A DNA stretch of 64,000 bases, from NCBI RefSeq assembly GCF_021028975.2, contig NC_059427.1:101680001-101744000 (forward strand), written 5' to 3'. The DNA is from Sphaerodactylus townsendi (Eukaryota). A model generated the notes under the pieces. The model was given only the letters and a program-made list of their open reading frames with translations. It made no database searches and was not told the origin of the DNA. The position numbers were made by a program, and so were the translations under genes. This document shows positions 49,741-62,804 of the stretch, piece after piece; the stretch's first letter is position 1, and each line of letters opens with the position of its first letter.

Positions 49741-50451
49741 TGGTTTCCTAACAACAGGCCCCTCTGTCTCCCCACAGGTCGGTCTGGCAACAGTGGGAAG
49801 GGTGCAAGTGAATGGTTTAGTGTCTTTTTCTGTCTGCCTCAGTATACTTTGAATCCTTTTACTACTTAATTGAGAGTTAGTGGCAGCCAGATAATGACAT
49901 ATCCATAGCCTTAAACTAACAATGCAGCCTTATATGGAGGGTCTTCTTCTTTATCAGTGGGAAGAGAAAGTTCCCCTGTCTACTTGCAGAGCTGTATCCT
50001 GTATATTCAGCATTGGAAATCCTATTAGCATACATACTGCTTATTCTATCAATAAAATCTCTTTGAAGGATACATTAATCATGTAGAACATGGTAAGTTA
50101 TTCAGATAGGATTACAATTCATGATGCAGTAATAAATTGGAGGTTCTGCTTGGCGGCTGCAGGAGAAGGAGCTGTTGCAAGAGAGAGGAGATGCCGGCTA
50201 AGGAGAGGGGAGGCAAAGCAAGAGCAGGCAACAAAGCCTGGCTGCCCCCTCTCCCCAAAAGCTTTGTCTTCCATCATGTGGGTGGGATGCTCGACCTCTT
50301 CTTGCAAGCAGGCAAGGGCTCATGGTGAGTCTTGCCCCTTGCAGTTGTCAGTATCCCTGGAAGCCGGGGTGGGGTTTCCATCAGTTGGCTGAGCAATGCC
50401 GCTCCCAATTCAAGTGGTGCAAAGCAGCATCAAAGAAATGGAGTTGTAGAA

Positions 50452-50752
50452 AAGAAGAGGAGGAGTTTGAATTTAAATCCCACTTTTCTCTCCTGTAGGG
50501 AGTCTTCAAGCAGCTTACAAACTCCTTCTTTTTCTCTCCCCACAACAGACACTTTGTGAGGCAGGTGGGGCTGAGAGAGTTTGGATAGAAATGTGACTAG
50601 ACCAAACTCACCCAGCAGGCTTCATGTGGAGTAGCAGGGAAACAAATCCAGTTCACAAGATAAGAGTCCGCTACTCATGTGGAGGAGTGGGAAATCAAAC
50701 CCAGTTCTCCAGAGTAGGGTCCACTGCTCTTAACCACTACACCATGCTGGCT
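50452..50752 (-). mobile_element. Squam3-type tRNA SINE, diverged subfamily
   Basis: Minus strand reads agccagcatggtgtagtggttaagagc ... ggtttgatttcc ... ctctcagccccacc ... CTT/CCT tail. Confidence 0.82.
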
Positions 50753-51128
50753 GTTACACTGCAATGATCATTTTACAGGTAGAGGGTTAGTTCCCAAAAA
50801 GCATTATAAGGTTCTCTTTCTTGTTCACAGAGGACCAATCCCCTCAACGGTCTCTTGACATGCTGCCTGCCTGAATTCCATTCATTGCTTCATCTTAATG
50901 TCTTACTCATCATATACACCTTGTAGAGGTGTCAGTTTGCATAGGTAAATAAAACAGTTAAGATTTCTTTGATGCCACAGTCAGGCCTGGTCTGGATAGC
51001 ACAGTGTGATCACATGTCAGCATACTAGTGTAAATCCATACTTTGTCCATTTGTTCTGAAGATATAAATATTATTATTATACTCTGACACTGCAGTGTAC
51101 AAAAGATAGTATGTACCATCCCAACTAG

Positions 51129-51340
51129 CCCTGACCTGGAAAGCTCCAGGTTGGCCTGATCTCGTTAGATCTCAGAAACCAAGCATAGTCTACCTTGGTT
51201 AGTTTTTGGGTGGGTAGCCTCCAAGGTCCCCCAGGGTCATGATGTAGAGTAGGCAACTGCAAATCACCTCTGAAGATCTCTTGCCTTGAAAACCGTACGG
51301 AGCTGCTGTAAGTCAGCTGAGGCTTTTGATGGCACACAGA
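51129..51340 (+). mobile_element. 5S rRNA-headed SINE with Sauria-SINE-like tail
   Basis: gcctgatctcgttagatctcagaaaccaagca..ttggttagt..ttgggtggg matches the 5S internal control region. It is followed by a gcaaatcacctctg..tcttgccttgaaaacc..taagtcag tail. Confidence 0.75.
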
Positions 51341-52815
51341 CATATATACCCATCATCCCAACTGACCCATGGATTTTTAAAAAATTAAACACTGGGCTTT
51401 TGTATTCTTCACAGAACTAAACAGGTGTCAGTTGGATTTATAACTCTTCCACTTCTCATAATAATTAGTTCCTCTTTCCTAATAAATCCCAGGTCGATAC
51501 ATGATAAGCCTAGCACATTGGGGAGTCTTCAGGGAAACACCAGCAAACTAAGAATAAAGTATCTGAGAACTGTAACACTACCTAATTGTACACACTAGAA
51601 TACTTATTCGGACATTTCTCAGAACCTAACTGAACACCCCCTCCACACATGTGTGTGTGTATGTGCAAGGTACATGTCAAATTATTTTTAGTACGAGAGT
51701 GCTTTTTGGTTCTCATTTCATGTAATTCCTTTGGGCATCATTTACAGTTTATATAGCCTAGTGTCATACAGTGCGAATGGCAAAAGTATTGGTAGTATTC
51801 CAGGACATTACCTTTTGATTTTGTTGCCAGCAATCTCTAAAAGATTTTGATTTCTCATTTGGACTCCTTGGAAGATTGTGGAACTGACTCTAATACGATA
51901 GCGTTCTCTATGGCTTAATTTTTGCTGTTGAAAATTTGTTGTGGTTGCATAGAAACTGGTGTGTATGCAAAATGTCGGGTGGTCTGTCTGAACACAGTTT
52001 AACTTTACATTAAAAAGCCTGGCGTACACTGCATGGGAGATGTTAGGATTGAGTTTGGTTTGAGGGATTAATCACCTGGATATTAGTTACAAGGAATAGT
52101 TTCCAGTTCCATCATGGGCAGTATCTCAAGTTCTGAGGTACTGAAGTGTAACCAAATAACATGACTCAGAAGGCTGCTAGCTTGAACACCCTGGATCTGT
52201 TCATTATTAGGCTAGAAATGCAAAATCAGGGCTTGAGTTGTGCAGGTAATAACTTAAAGCAGCTGAACTATTCCTTGTACTCCAGGGCCAATTTTTCTAA
52301 AACAGCATATCCTGTGTTTCTAGGACATACTCTGCTCTTCTAGTAAATGTTGTATAGCTCTTTGTCCCTCAAGTCTGTTTTGCTTTACTAAAACATCTAT
52401 TTTTACAATTAGGAATACAGTAATAATATTATAGGAACATAAAGCATTTGGCACTCATTGAAAATGTCTGCTTAATTCACTACCTTTGTGTATATATGAT
52501 AAATATATCACTTGGTTTCTCTGCTGTGGGCTTCATGTGGTGAACAAAGTGTTGTATTTAAGCAAGGGTCTGAATTAACCTCCTGTGTTGTTTACAGTGT
52601 TGTGCTGTAATATTTGCATGGCTACACTGATATGATTTGGTGGAACAAAATAACTGTTCCAAAAGGTTTACTGAGTTTGGTTTTTAGTCAAGTGCCTCCA
52701 CCTAGTTTGAACTTTACAAACCTCGTCCTTTAACCTCTTGCTGAAGATGGTTCAGGAAAATGAACAAACTTCTCACAGCAAATATGTACCTTTGTTTATT
52801 TGTTTCCTGTTTTAG

Positions 52816-52909
52816 GAGAACTATGTGATGAGGTGATCAACCAATGTGTTCCTGAACTAAACCCTTGCAAACATGACGCCAAATGTATCCCTGTTGATAA
52901 AGGATACAG
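52816..52909 (+). CDS. SLIT3: SLIT3 exon (94 nt), EGF4: (G)[30 protein letters not shown](R)
   Basis: Acceptor cctgttttAG and donor GTAAGC. ELCDEVI..CVPELN..AKCIP.DKG is SLIT3-type. Phase 1-2. Confidence 0.95.
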
Positions 52910-53021
52910 GTAAGCATGTACATGTGTTGGACCATGTTCAGCCATAAATTCTACTTGTTTGCTCTCCCTATCCGCTCAGTGGTCCTTTCTGATCCCAGGA
53001 AAATTTATGGGTGGAGTTAAA

Positions 53022-53480
53022 AGGAGAATCTGGGGAAATTTATGGGGTGCCTGCTGTCAGGGGTGCAATTGTTAAGCTAGCAGCGCTAAAAATTCAGGGT
53101 ATCTTTAGGAGACTCTCCTGATGATACCACCCAGGTTTGGTGAAGTTTGGTTCAGGGGGTCCAAAGTTATGGACCCTCAAAGGTGTAGCCCCCATCTTCA
53201 ATTAGCTCCCATTGGAAATGATGGGGGATGGGGGCACCCCCTTTGGGAGTCCATAACTTTGGATCCCCTGAACCAAACCTCACCAAACCTGGGTGGTATC
53301 ATTGGGAGAGTCTCCAGAAAAGTCCCAGAAATTTTGGTGCTGCTAGCCTAAAATCTGCGCTCCCTGAAGGCCAAAAACTGAAAAAAACACTAAAAATACA
53401 AAAAAAACACAAACGGGGCGGATCTTCAGACATGTAATGGGGGGTTTGAACCCAGGAAACCCCCCTTACCTGCGTCCATG
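53022..53480. mobile_element. Internally palindromic non-autonomous DNA element (copy 2)
   Basis: Homologous to 49298-49740. Its right end also occurs inverted at ~14988-15090. Confidence 0.8.
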
Positions 53481-56400
53481 AGTAGAACTCACCTGGAAGC
53501 CCAACCAGTGGCGTAGCGCCAACAGGGAGGGGGCGCAATGCCCCAGGCATCAGTGCAAGGGTGTGGCAGGTGGGGGCATGGGAGGGGCACAGGTCGTGCA
53601 CATTCCCCAGACAAAGTTCCCCTTACTCTGCCCCTGAGCCCAGCCCCTCCCTTCCCTTGCATGCCACTACTCACTCACCCCCCTTCTCTTGCATGCCACC
53701 CCTCACTTCCTCCCCTCCCTCCCCTTCCCTTGCCTGCCACCCCTCCCTCCCCTCCCTCTCCTTCCGTTAGGGTGGGTGGGCCATGTCCAGATGCCAGGCC
53801 CCCATAATCTAATATTTCAGTGGCTGGTTGGACGGTCCTGAGAAACTTTACAATTTTTAATTATTAAAGGGTTTTTTTAAGAACCCTGTTGGGTCAGACC
53901 ATAGGCACCATGAGGGGGGCGAAGGGGGCACAAGTCCAGTGCGTCACATGGGAGCATATTCTGTAGCCAGCCTCCCCCTTTTCTCTCCATCCCAAAAGTG
54001 AGGAGCTGGAGCATTGCACTTCCTGTCATAGCCTCCTCCTCCTGTGCCCTCTGCCAGCTTCCACCGCCCCCACCTCTGCTGTCACTGCCAGCTCCTGCCC
54101 TATGCTTGGCCTCTGCCACCCATGGCCACCTCTCCCTCAGGTTGGCACGCTGATGTCAGGGCAGACGGTACAGTAGCAAGTTGGGCTGCTGCTACAGGTC
54201 TCAGCAGCTGGGCACAGGACTGGGGCACATCCCTCTCTCACACATCCCTCTCTCACCCAATGCAGCCCACCTGCCTGCCTCTGGAGCCACCATTGTTGAC
54301 TGCATGTCCTCTGCTCAGGCCGAGAAGGGGGGTGGGGGGGGCAAAAAGGCAGTAAGGCAGTGAAGGCTTCTGCCAATCGGCAGCAGGAGGGCTTGGGGAA
54401 ACTGCCACCAGTGCAAGCTAAATTTAAAGGAAAGGAGCCACCAGCCAAGCTAAATTTAAAGGAAAGGATTAAAATTTAAAACTCAATTGCGGACCTCACA
54501 AATGGGCTTTAATTTTTTTTCTGAATTTAAAAAAAATTTTTTTCTGAATTTTAAAAAAAAATCTTTTCGTTTTTTGGCTTCATTTAAATTACCACTTTTT
54601 TTTTCTTGTTTGGCATATCCAAATGTGCCTCCCTCATTACCACTGTGGCAGTTGACTGTTGCTGTTTTGTATTCTGTAATTATTTAAAGGAGGCAAATAT
54701 TGTGAGCAAGTAATCTACCGAATCAAACAATCAATGCAGTTATCTTAATATGTCTCTGAAGGAAAGAAACATGTTGTACTAGCACAGTTATAAATAAACT
54801 GCATTATTCTGGAGCATGGAATTATTACCTGACAGGCCAATGTATTGATTTAATGCAGTCCTTCCAAGAACAGTGGTGGTTCTATCATTACTGCAATAGC
54901 CAATACACATCATAAAAGTGATCCATGGCTGCTTTGAATAAAGGACCTACATGTTGTTCATTATTACATCACTTTATATTAGGACAACAGGGATCAATAA
55001 AGCAACAGGATTAAATGCTGTTTCCTCCCACAGCAATATATGATGGGTATTGCTCACTTGTCAGTGTGCCTTAAACATTACTGGCCTCCTTTGCCATGCC
55101 TTTTGCAGAACTTTGAGAAAGAATGGGTCCTGGCCTTAATAAGATCTGAGCCACACTACTGAATTACCTTTTTTCTGTTCTAATGTCATTTGCTAATAAA
55201 CATATAATTTCATCTCAGAGGTGAAGCTATAAATGACAGTAAGAACTACCTGACTCTTACTCGATGCCTAGAAATTATTGTTTTCAGTTGCAAATTCATG
55301 GCTGCAGGTCTCATGGGGAGAATAATGAAGTGACTGTATGAAGAGTCAGGTCTATAAGCAAAGTAAAATTAGTCATGGATGGAGATCATAATAGAGTGGT
55401 GCCTGATGACAGATGATTTGTCAACATTTCATGAAATGTCCCGTCAGTCCCCCTCCCCCCTCCCCCACAAGTGATTGAAGCCCTGGGTCCATCCTGTGCT
55501 CTGTTTTGCCATTTTAGAAGCATTTGTAACTATTTAACACTTTTCATGGGCCCCCAATCCAGAACAGGCACTCAGCACAACTCAGTATCCACAGGAGTTC
55601 TTCTTAACCCCTGCCTCGTTCACCTTTTCAGGTGCAGAAACAACCTATAACCAAATTAGATAAAAGCTTAATAGACCATCCATCGGCAAACAGTGAGTAA
55701 GGGTAAGGGTTGATGAGGCAGAATTGGTTTATCTGGGTATCAGGGGAACATAGCAGTGGTTTTTAGAATTCAGCAAAGTAATTCTAGGTTGCACCATCAA
55801 CACCAAGACTGCAAGGTTGGGGAATCCATTTACCTACATAGCTGTTCTTGCAGCTGGGGAGTTACCTGGTTCAGCAGATTTATCTCTTCATTCTCCAGAT
55901 GTGACTGCAGTTGGCCTGGAATGCCTATAATTCCCTCATCTGGTCAGCTGTATTCAAGCTGCAGGAAGTAAGAGATTGATGCCTGTTTCTTAGGGCTCTT
56001 CAAGTTCTGAAATCTAAAACACCTGACAATAACTCTGCTGATCTTTTTTTGTACCATGCTTGGATTTCTGTGTGTAAACCTGCGTGGATGCTATTTGGCT
56101 GCTGCGATTCTACTCAAACTGAGATTGGGAATAGACCTTGTTTTTATGTTTGTTCCTCTATCAGTCTCTTTCACTCTGGGCAATAGAAACTACACAAAAT
56201 GGGAGATCCTTTGTTCAAATGCATAAAAGATTAGTTCATAATCACCTACCAGCAATGAAGGAAATAACAGAGGGGACTGTTTGGTGGGCAGGTATTCTCT
56301 AAGCTATTTCTGTGTTTCGCCTCCTGATTGATCATTAAATTTCAACCCAGAGGTGATTGCATTTTGTAGTAACGATCATTACTTTGCAATAGTAACAATG

Positions 56401-58802
56401 TTCAGTCCCACCACTTGCTGAATACAAGTATACTATACTGAAGTATTTTGATGCTGGATACTTTATATTGCATGGCTTTGGTTTCATCTTCTGAAACTAA
56501 AGTGGAGAAAATTCACATTATTTCAGATACTTAAACAACATCCGAACATATAGCAAGCCAGATTCTGAAACATATTGAAACATCTCCTTAGTCTACACAA
56601 CTGAAACTGCCAAACAGTGGCCAAAATAGTGCTTTTTGGTTCCAAATATCTCATTTAAAAAAAATTGTACTGAAGATTTTTAATAGTAAAAGCTTTCAAG
56701 CAATTATACAGAACAAGCAGGGTCCCGAAAGGAAACTGCGGGAAAGGCTGTCCCATCCAGCCCCACCTATCTTCTCCATCCCTTCCATCAGTCTCTCTTT
56801 TCTTCTCCCTGTGTTTTCTCCTCTCTTTTCTCTTTTTCTCTCATCCCCCCTCAATCACTTATTGGATTCTGCCTGCTGGCAGCACTGCCACTGTCCTTTA
56901 TATGGCTACAGCAGTGGGGATAAGGCAACTACTAAGTGCAGGGAGGCGGGAGGGGATCCTGTGAAGGGAAACAGTTCCACTCTGGCAACGTTGCTCTTCC
57001 TCCTCCGCATTCAACATTGCTGCCTGAGAAGCTGATGTGTAGTGACAGCAATAGCGGGCTGACAGCATCAATGGTTCTTTCTTATCCCCCCTACCACAGG
57101 AGAGAGAGATGGTGGGGCTGATGATAGCAGCAATTCTTTCAGGAGGGATTTGCCCTCTGTCAGTTTGGTGTAGGTTTCTAGATTATTCTGCAAAGCTGGT
57201 AGCTCCCCCAAATTTGCAGAAAAATCTTCCTTCTCTGTGAATTTAAGTATCCACAGATGGGGCTGGGTTCAGAATTAGATACACTGATAATTGCATTTAA
57301 CAAAAATAAAATACAGAAGAAAAAAAGATTTTAAAAAACACATTCACAGCATTCTATGAGGTGATATTCAACGTATTCAATGGCACATGGATAGTTCTTT
57401 AATAACTGATCCAAAATTAAATGTACATCGTGTCTGGAAAGCATTAGATTATCCTGACTTCACAGACACAAAACACAAAGGAGTCAAAAAGTAGTAATCC
57501 AGGTACAATGGAAAATTGCCAGGAAAATTGCCATATTACAAAAGATGAGTCAATATGAGTGTTGTTTATTTATTTACAATGCTTGCATCCCACCTTTTCA
57601 CCCAGCTGCCCATATTAGTCAACCCTACAGTTTTTCATGAGATTTCATCTGAGCTACACTTCCTGTGGCCACAGAGCACACCCACATAATAGAATGACGT
57701 GAAGTTCTTGTCTCTATCTTTTGCCTTAATCATATTCCTTCTTTCTGTGTCCAGTCTTTGTTGCTGAAGGAAGAGCAGTCTGCAACTTTAAAAGTTAGCA
57801 TTAGCCTTAAATAAGTTGTTAACATCTAAAGTTCAGAGTTACATGAAAGTACAGTCTCCAAAATACTTAACATATGCTAACCCAAGATGTTTTTCTTCTG
57901 TTCTGGTTTGGATGATATGCTTATTATTTTCCAGCTGCAAAGTGAGATCCATCTGGGAGGCTTGAAATGTGGTTTATAGGCTGAAACACATTCAACCCTG
58001 TCCAAAACATAGTGTCGAAGATTTTGAGAGACTGCCCAGTTTTCCAGAGAGATCTGCTCCCCCTGGACTGAGACTATGAATGCCAAGTTTCAGCCTAGAA
58101 CACTTTTTTAATTATTGAGTTTTTAAAAAAACCTCTGAAAATAGGGTTTATAGTAGAAATGCTGACACAACTTTAACACAACTGACTTAACAGCTGGAAT
58201 AAAAAAGTACAATAGCCCATATTTGTGTTTCTAGGAATGAGTTGCCATGTAAAGGCAGGGGGTAGTGTTATCCCATAACTGGCTGTCATATTTTGATCAA
58301 GGGAAACCAATTATGTTATAGATTTTTCCCAATATAATAGTGAAAAGGAAGTCATATTAAGAAAACAAAAGAAGTGATTATTTCTGCAGTATAAGTGGAG
58401 CACAAGTGAAGGAGATTAATTTCATCCACGTCTTTTCGCTGTCTGAGCTACCTGTCTTAAATGGTGATGAATTGTTTTAAAATTCCATTCTTTCATGGGA
58501 TGGCTTAGTAACACCATATTTTCCTATTCAGCCAGTCCGCTTAGCAAGATATTCCAAGTTCCTTCCACATTTTATAGAGCTAAGTAGCATTTATTCCATT
58601 ATCTATACTGGAGAACCATCTGGAATGGGAAGCCCCTGAAGTGGTAGGATACATTCCTGTGTAATTAGATATATGAGATACGTTTCATCTTTTTTGTTTG
58701 GTGTTGTGCAGTTCACAACTGGAACCATTTTCTTTGGTCTCACTGTTGCTGTGGTTCTTAACAATGAGTTTTATCCTGAATTCTCTGATTATCTTGTTTC
58801 AG

Positions 58803-58940
58803 ATGTGAATGCTTACCAGGCTATAGTGGAAAACATTGTGAAACAGATGACAACGACTGTGTGGGACACAAATGTCGACATGGTGCATTGTGTGTGGATG
58901 CTGTCAATGGATATACTTGTATTTGCCCTCAAGGGTTCAG
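58803..58940 (+). CDS. SLIT3: SLIT3 exon (138 nt), EGF4 end/EGF5: [45 protein letters not shown](S)
   Basis: Acceptor cttgtttcAG and donor GTGAGC. HKCRHGA.CVD..NGYTC.CPQGFS is SLIT3-type. Phase 2-2. Confidence 0.95.
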
Positions 58941-59814
58941 GTGAGCAAAGTGTCATGGGTTTTCAGGTACAGAACTGAGTTCCATAGTTCACAGCTCTGT
59001 TGACAAGGATAGTTTTAGTTAACTATCTAAAAACAAAGCCATTTTGCCTGTTGCTTTCATATCTGACTTTTGGGGGGTACAAAAAAACAATAACAGTGCA
59101 TATATGAAGAAATATAATTACCAGCAAGAGTTGCAGTGTATACTTTGCAGAGGAAGAAGAAATGTAAATCATACTGTTGTTAAGATGTCCATTACCTATA
59201 TTATTTGCTTATTTATTATGAGAGAAGAGGACTTGTAGGAAGAGGATAGTCAGCCCAATCCAGAGGGCTAGTAGGTTCATGGCAGGAAGGGATAGTACCA
59301 CCATGCCTCATTCAAAGCAGTGCAGTCGCCTCAGCAGCCCTGCCAGCTGCCAAAAGCCCCATTCAAGGCAGCTGGCAGGGCTTATGCCAGGAGCCTCCCC
59401 TGCCCAACCCCCATCCATGTTAGTGCAGCCTCCTGTGGCAGAGGACTGCCACTGCCTGGGCAAACTTTTGCATTCATCTACTCTGGAGTTGCACGGCGCT
59501 CCCCCACCAACATCAGTTCCTCTGTGTCAGCAGGCATAGCTGTTTGGGTGGTGCAAGTATCAATGAAACTGATTCAGATGGTGCAGGCGTCATGCTGCTT
59601 CCAATGCAGCTTACTCCCCCCCCCCCCAAACACACACACACACTTTGGGCTTCACTAGAAGCCCTAAAATGCTGTTTCTGGAATGACTAACTTCTGAAAT
59701 AAAATAAGTGCTGCCATAGGAAAACATGGAGTCACTAAGCTGGGTGAATTTTTTTTTAGTGCTATAGGATACAAAGTAGAGTGTTATTCTTACTTAAACA
59801 AAATGGCATTTTCT

Positions 59815-59945
59815 NNNNNNNNNNNNNNNNNNNNNNNNNNNNNNNNNNNNNNNNNNNNNNNNNNNNNNNNNNNNNNNNNNNNNNNNNNNNNNNNNNNNNN
59901 NNNNNNNNNNNNNNNNNNNNNNNNNNNNNNNNNNNNNNNNNNNNN
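59815..59945. other. Assembly gap (131 N)
   Basis: Run of N. Confidence 1.
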
Positions 59946-62023
59946 CAATATTGTTATGTTGGTTGCAGGGCGGCACATTAAATTTAAGGGGTTTATAGAT
60001 ATCAAGATTAGCCAGAAGAAAATGCTATTTGAGTCTTCTTTTAATGTATTCAGAAAATACTTCTTTAGGGTAAAGAAACATATAAAATATTAAGTGTGGT
60101 GAAGTGATTTGCATCCCAGAAAACACATTTTGGTTGCATGTGGACAAATCCTTCAAAGTCTCTGCGTTTTGTGTGTATTTGTTTGTGCGCTTTCACATTC
60201 ATCTGGCATTCATCCACGTTTGCTCTTTAAATAATATAAATACTTGATCAAATCTAATGTAGATTTTCCTTTCTTTTTTGTGTCCCCTCCCAAACACTTC
60301 ACAGAGGTTGCTGTCCTTTTTTCTAGCTTTCTGCACTTGTATTTTTTGTAAACTTTAGAGTTTAATTTGTTTGATTTTAATTGGAATCAATTATTTTAAA
60401 CTTTTAGAAATTGCATGAAGATGGGAGATGGGAGGGGAGGTTGTTCGCAAAGACTAGCCAATCAGCACTGTGTGTACAACCTTCAAAAGAAATCTAGCCA
60501 CTTGTCATTTAGGCAGGAGTATTTCTTGCTCCTGAGTGAAAAAGGAAGGGAGCAAGAGGTCTTTGGGCAGTTATACCCTGTGTCTGCTCTTATCTGAGGA
60601 TCCCAAACCATCTCTTTTGATGGCTGGGGGACTAGGGGTTTCCCTTTGGTCTGAGCCTGGCATTTAAATAGAAATTATCAGAGTACACTCATCACAAAGA
60701 TCAGCAACACAGCACTTGTACATAGCCCCTTCAAAAAAACTGTGCTTCCCTTTGGTCAATCTAAGAATAGGGTATGTCTTTCCACGTTCATGCTGACCAC
60801 ACTAGTGCAGCAAGCTCACCAATCAAATTATGTATTCTTACTTTTAGGGCAGCCTTCAGACTATTTTCATTATAGTGTGTTTGTCTTAAAATACATCAAA
60901 AGTCCATAAGAAATGCAAGGCTAAGCCAAGCATAGAAATGGACTGTACAAAATCAGGTTAATTAGTTAAGCATTCCTATTCACTACCCTGTTCCTCATTC
61001 CAAAAGTCTGGAGATTCGGATCGCCATGTTTCTGCTTTGCTTTTGCTATACAAGATCTCCATGTCCTGCCTGACAATTTTAAGTCTACGATTCTGACAGC
61101 TGCCAATAGACCTGTCTTCTAAAAATATCTCTGTAGGTCAAAAATAAGAGCACTTCACCAAATGGATACCCTAATAATTGCCTAGGGGTAAACTGTTGCT
61201 TCCTTCCAGACAAACCTTTTCCATATTTAAAACAAAGCATACAGTGAGATAGCAATAGAACTTGTAAAAACTGCTATGATAAATTAGAAATATGGAATAA
61301 TTTCTGAGCCTTTTTCCTGGGTATTGAAAACACCAGCCATTTTCCGACTCCCCAGTTTCATAGTTTCTCTTCTTTTCTTCTGGCCATGTACTTCTGTTGC
61401 AATATTTTGTGTTTAGCATTTTGAAGAACACGTATTGATTCTTGTAGTGATATAAGGTCATGGTCTCAAAAGCTCAATGCTTACAAAAGATAAGATAAGC
61501 AACTGAATTTCTTTGTCTAGCCTGCCTCTTCAGTCCCCTTTTTAAACCTTCTCTTGACTTAATGCTGGTTGCACATAAAAGAGCTAATGGATGCATGTCA
61601 AAGTTCCTGAATTAACTATGTTCCTAAAAGCATCTGTTTGTTGGTGGCATGTTACTAGAAATATCATGAGGAAAACCATGTGGATTAAAAAAAAACTTTT
61701 GGCTTCTGGTGGTGTTATGAATGCTGATAAGATCTTTGGAACTGTGAAGGTCATCACTTGTGTGTCAGAACCTTGCCCGTTCTGGATACTTCAAGTATGT
61801 AAGAATCACATCAGTGAGTTTCTAAAGTTCATTACGAATCAATCACTGACCTAGGGCATCTTTCCTTGTGCCCTAAAACAGTTACATCTGTACATTACTT
61901 TTTTAAAAACCCAGAAAGAAATTATATGTCCAGTTATTGCCCAGTCTCTAATTTGTTCTTCATGTGCAAAATAATAAAAAGTGGTTGCTGAGCAGTTCCA
62001 GGCCACTGGATAAATAATTTACT

Positions 62024-62760
62024 CTAGACCCCTTTCAGTTCAGTTTCAACCTAGGCTACAGGACTGAGACGGCACTGAGATAGTCGCTTCTTTCTAAATG
62101 TAGAAAAAGGTTCTTCCTGTCTGCTGCTTTTCCTAGACATAGCAGCAGCCTTTAATATGGTTCATCGTGTTATCCTGTCGAGACATCTGGAGATAAAAGC
62201 AGGGATTAAGGTATGCTTTTTGGATTTGTTCAGACAGATCTTTAGGGGCAGGACTCTTGCTGTTGGGGAGAAATTCAATCTGTAGGTAAAGGCTTTACAA
62301 GAAATCATTCATGGGTTTGGAATAGGGTATCATCGATGTATTGATGGCACTCAGTTCAGCATTTCTATATTTAAATTGCTTGGTGAGATTCTGAACCAAT
62401 GCCTGACTGTTGTAGTTAAATGGATAAGGTAAACAAGCTGAAACTGAATCCTGAAAGATGGAGGTAATGTTGGTTGGGAAGTCTGAAGTCCTGGAGGACA
62501 TGGTGCTCTTTGCTTTTGATGGGGTTCAGCTGCCTCTCACTAACTCAGTTAAAAGTGTAGGGGATGATGCTGGATTCTGCTTAACAGCTGGAGAAGCAAG
62601 CTAATACATCTGCAAAGAAGGCATTTTACCAACTCCATTTAGCTTGGAAGATGGCCACTACTTTGATTCAGTTGGTGTATCCATGGGTACATAGCTGTAG
62701 ACTACTGCATTCAATATGGGTCTGCCTTAAAGACAATTTGGAAAATCCCATTAGCACAAG
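62024..62760 (+). mobile_element. Old degraded L2 RT fragment
   Basis: Remnant motifs LDPFQ..F.(P)GY.TETAL, LLLFLD.AAAFNMV.H and L.LTNSVKS.G..LD. Confidence 0.65.
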
Positions 62761-62804
62761 TGAAAAGGAATTGCACAGATACTGTCAAGCAGTAAGTGAA
62801 CCAA

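Noticed and set aside
51145-51220. 5S rRNA gene
   Set aside because: Partial, diverged and fused to a SINE tail, so not a functional rRNA gene.
51262-51300. cacctCTGAAGA...GAAA inside the 5S/Sauria SINE resembles a hammerhead core
   Set aside because: No convincing stem II pairing or stem I partner; it is part of the ordinary SINE tail.
58935-58946. Read-through stop right after the EGF5 exon giving a SLIT-N-like product
   Set aside because: The stop is an automatic consequence of a phase-2 GTGAG/GTAA donor (also true at 26570 and 52909). There is no independent evidence for intronic polyadenylation.
58673-58978. 101-aa ORF overlapping the EGF5 exon
   Set aside because: It is an alternative frame of the true exon; the Cys-rich EGF frame is the one consistent with splice phases.
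59781-60093. ORFs spanning the N run
   Set aside because: Artefacts of the assembly gap.
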